64,000 nt of DNA from Eledone cirrhosa (Eukaryota): positions 14,074,001 to 14,138,000 of the forward strand of contig OZ024759.1 in assembly GCA_964016885.1 (NCBI GenBank), written 5' to 3'. The position numbers and the translations under genes are program-made. How positions within the stretch are numbered: position 1 is the first letter of the stretch; each line of letters begins with the position of its first letter. The notes under the pieces are model-generated. The model saw only the letters and a list, made by a program, of their open reading frames with translations, had not been told where the DNA came from and did no database searches. This document shows positions 63,601 through 64,000 of the stretch, in pieces.

Positions 63601-64000
63601 AGATGGTTAGATCAAGAGAATAAGAGAACTCCAGAAGTCTAGACCCCTTCCCATTTTTTGTACTGTAAGTCTAGCATCTATATACAACATGAAATCCATC
63701 ATGTCCATTGATGTCACCAACTTTGACAATGAGATCACTGCCATTTGTTGTTGATGTAGCCAACAAGAGGACCTCATAGAAGTGGTCTTTCTGCTGGTCT
63801 CTATGTCTAACATGTGGAGTATATACAGGTAGTATAGTGGCTGTTGTATTACCCACGACTAGTCTATGTTTAATTCTTCTATCACATATCCTGACTACCT
63901 CAATTACCTGGTCTATACATTTTCCAGCTAGTATACTTATCCCACCCAATCATTATTGCTACACACCCAGAATAATTTGTACTGGTGTCCCTTGCCTATA

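Larger units (their letters stand above)
41547..64000. repeat. Macrosatellite: head-to-tail array of a ~4.45-kb unit, five full units plus the start of a sixth
   Basis: Equivalent TGGT anchor at 41547, 45945, 50391, 54854, 59316 and 63783; the whole ORF set recurs nearly unchanged (e.g. 43950, 48396, 52869, 57322, 61788). Confidence 0.97.

Overview
AT-rich, microsatellite-dense animal genomic DNA. The SINE, MITE and LINE complement suggests an octopus or other coleoid cephalopod (inference). Nothing is prokaryotic, there is no CRISPR array, and almost all listed ORFs are repeat artefacts. The only credible host gene is on the + strand: the last coding exon (26764-26999) of a casein kinase I delta/epsilon-like gene, plus a 237-nt frame-preserving candidate exon (11155-11391) that the ORF track misses. 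The introns and 3' flank hold TTAA-flanked piggyBac-type MITEs, Tc1/mariner and hAT MITEs, tRNA-type SINEs, RTE and CR1 LINE remnants, Helitron-like ends and several minisatellites, some grown out of TE interiors. Two features stand out. (1) A series of long head-to-head foldbacks; several carry complete or half minimal type I hammerhead ribozyme motifs of the Penelope-like pseudo-LTR kind (best at 7341-7423 and 31748-31984). (2) A ~4.45-kb macrosatellite (five units plus, 41547-64000) built from dead TE fragments, with mosaic sharing of variants between units. All calls were made by eye; no database search was run.
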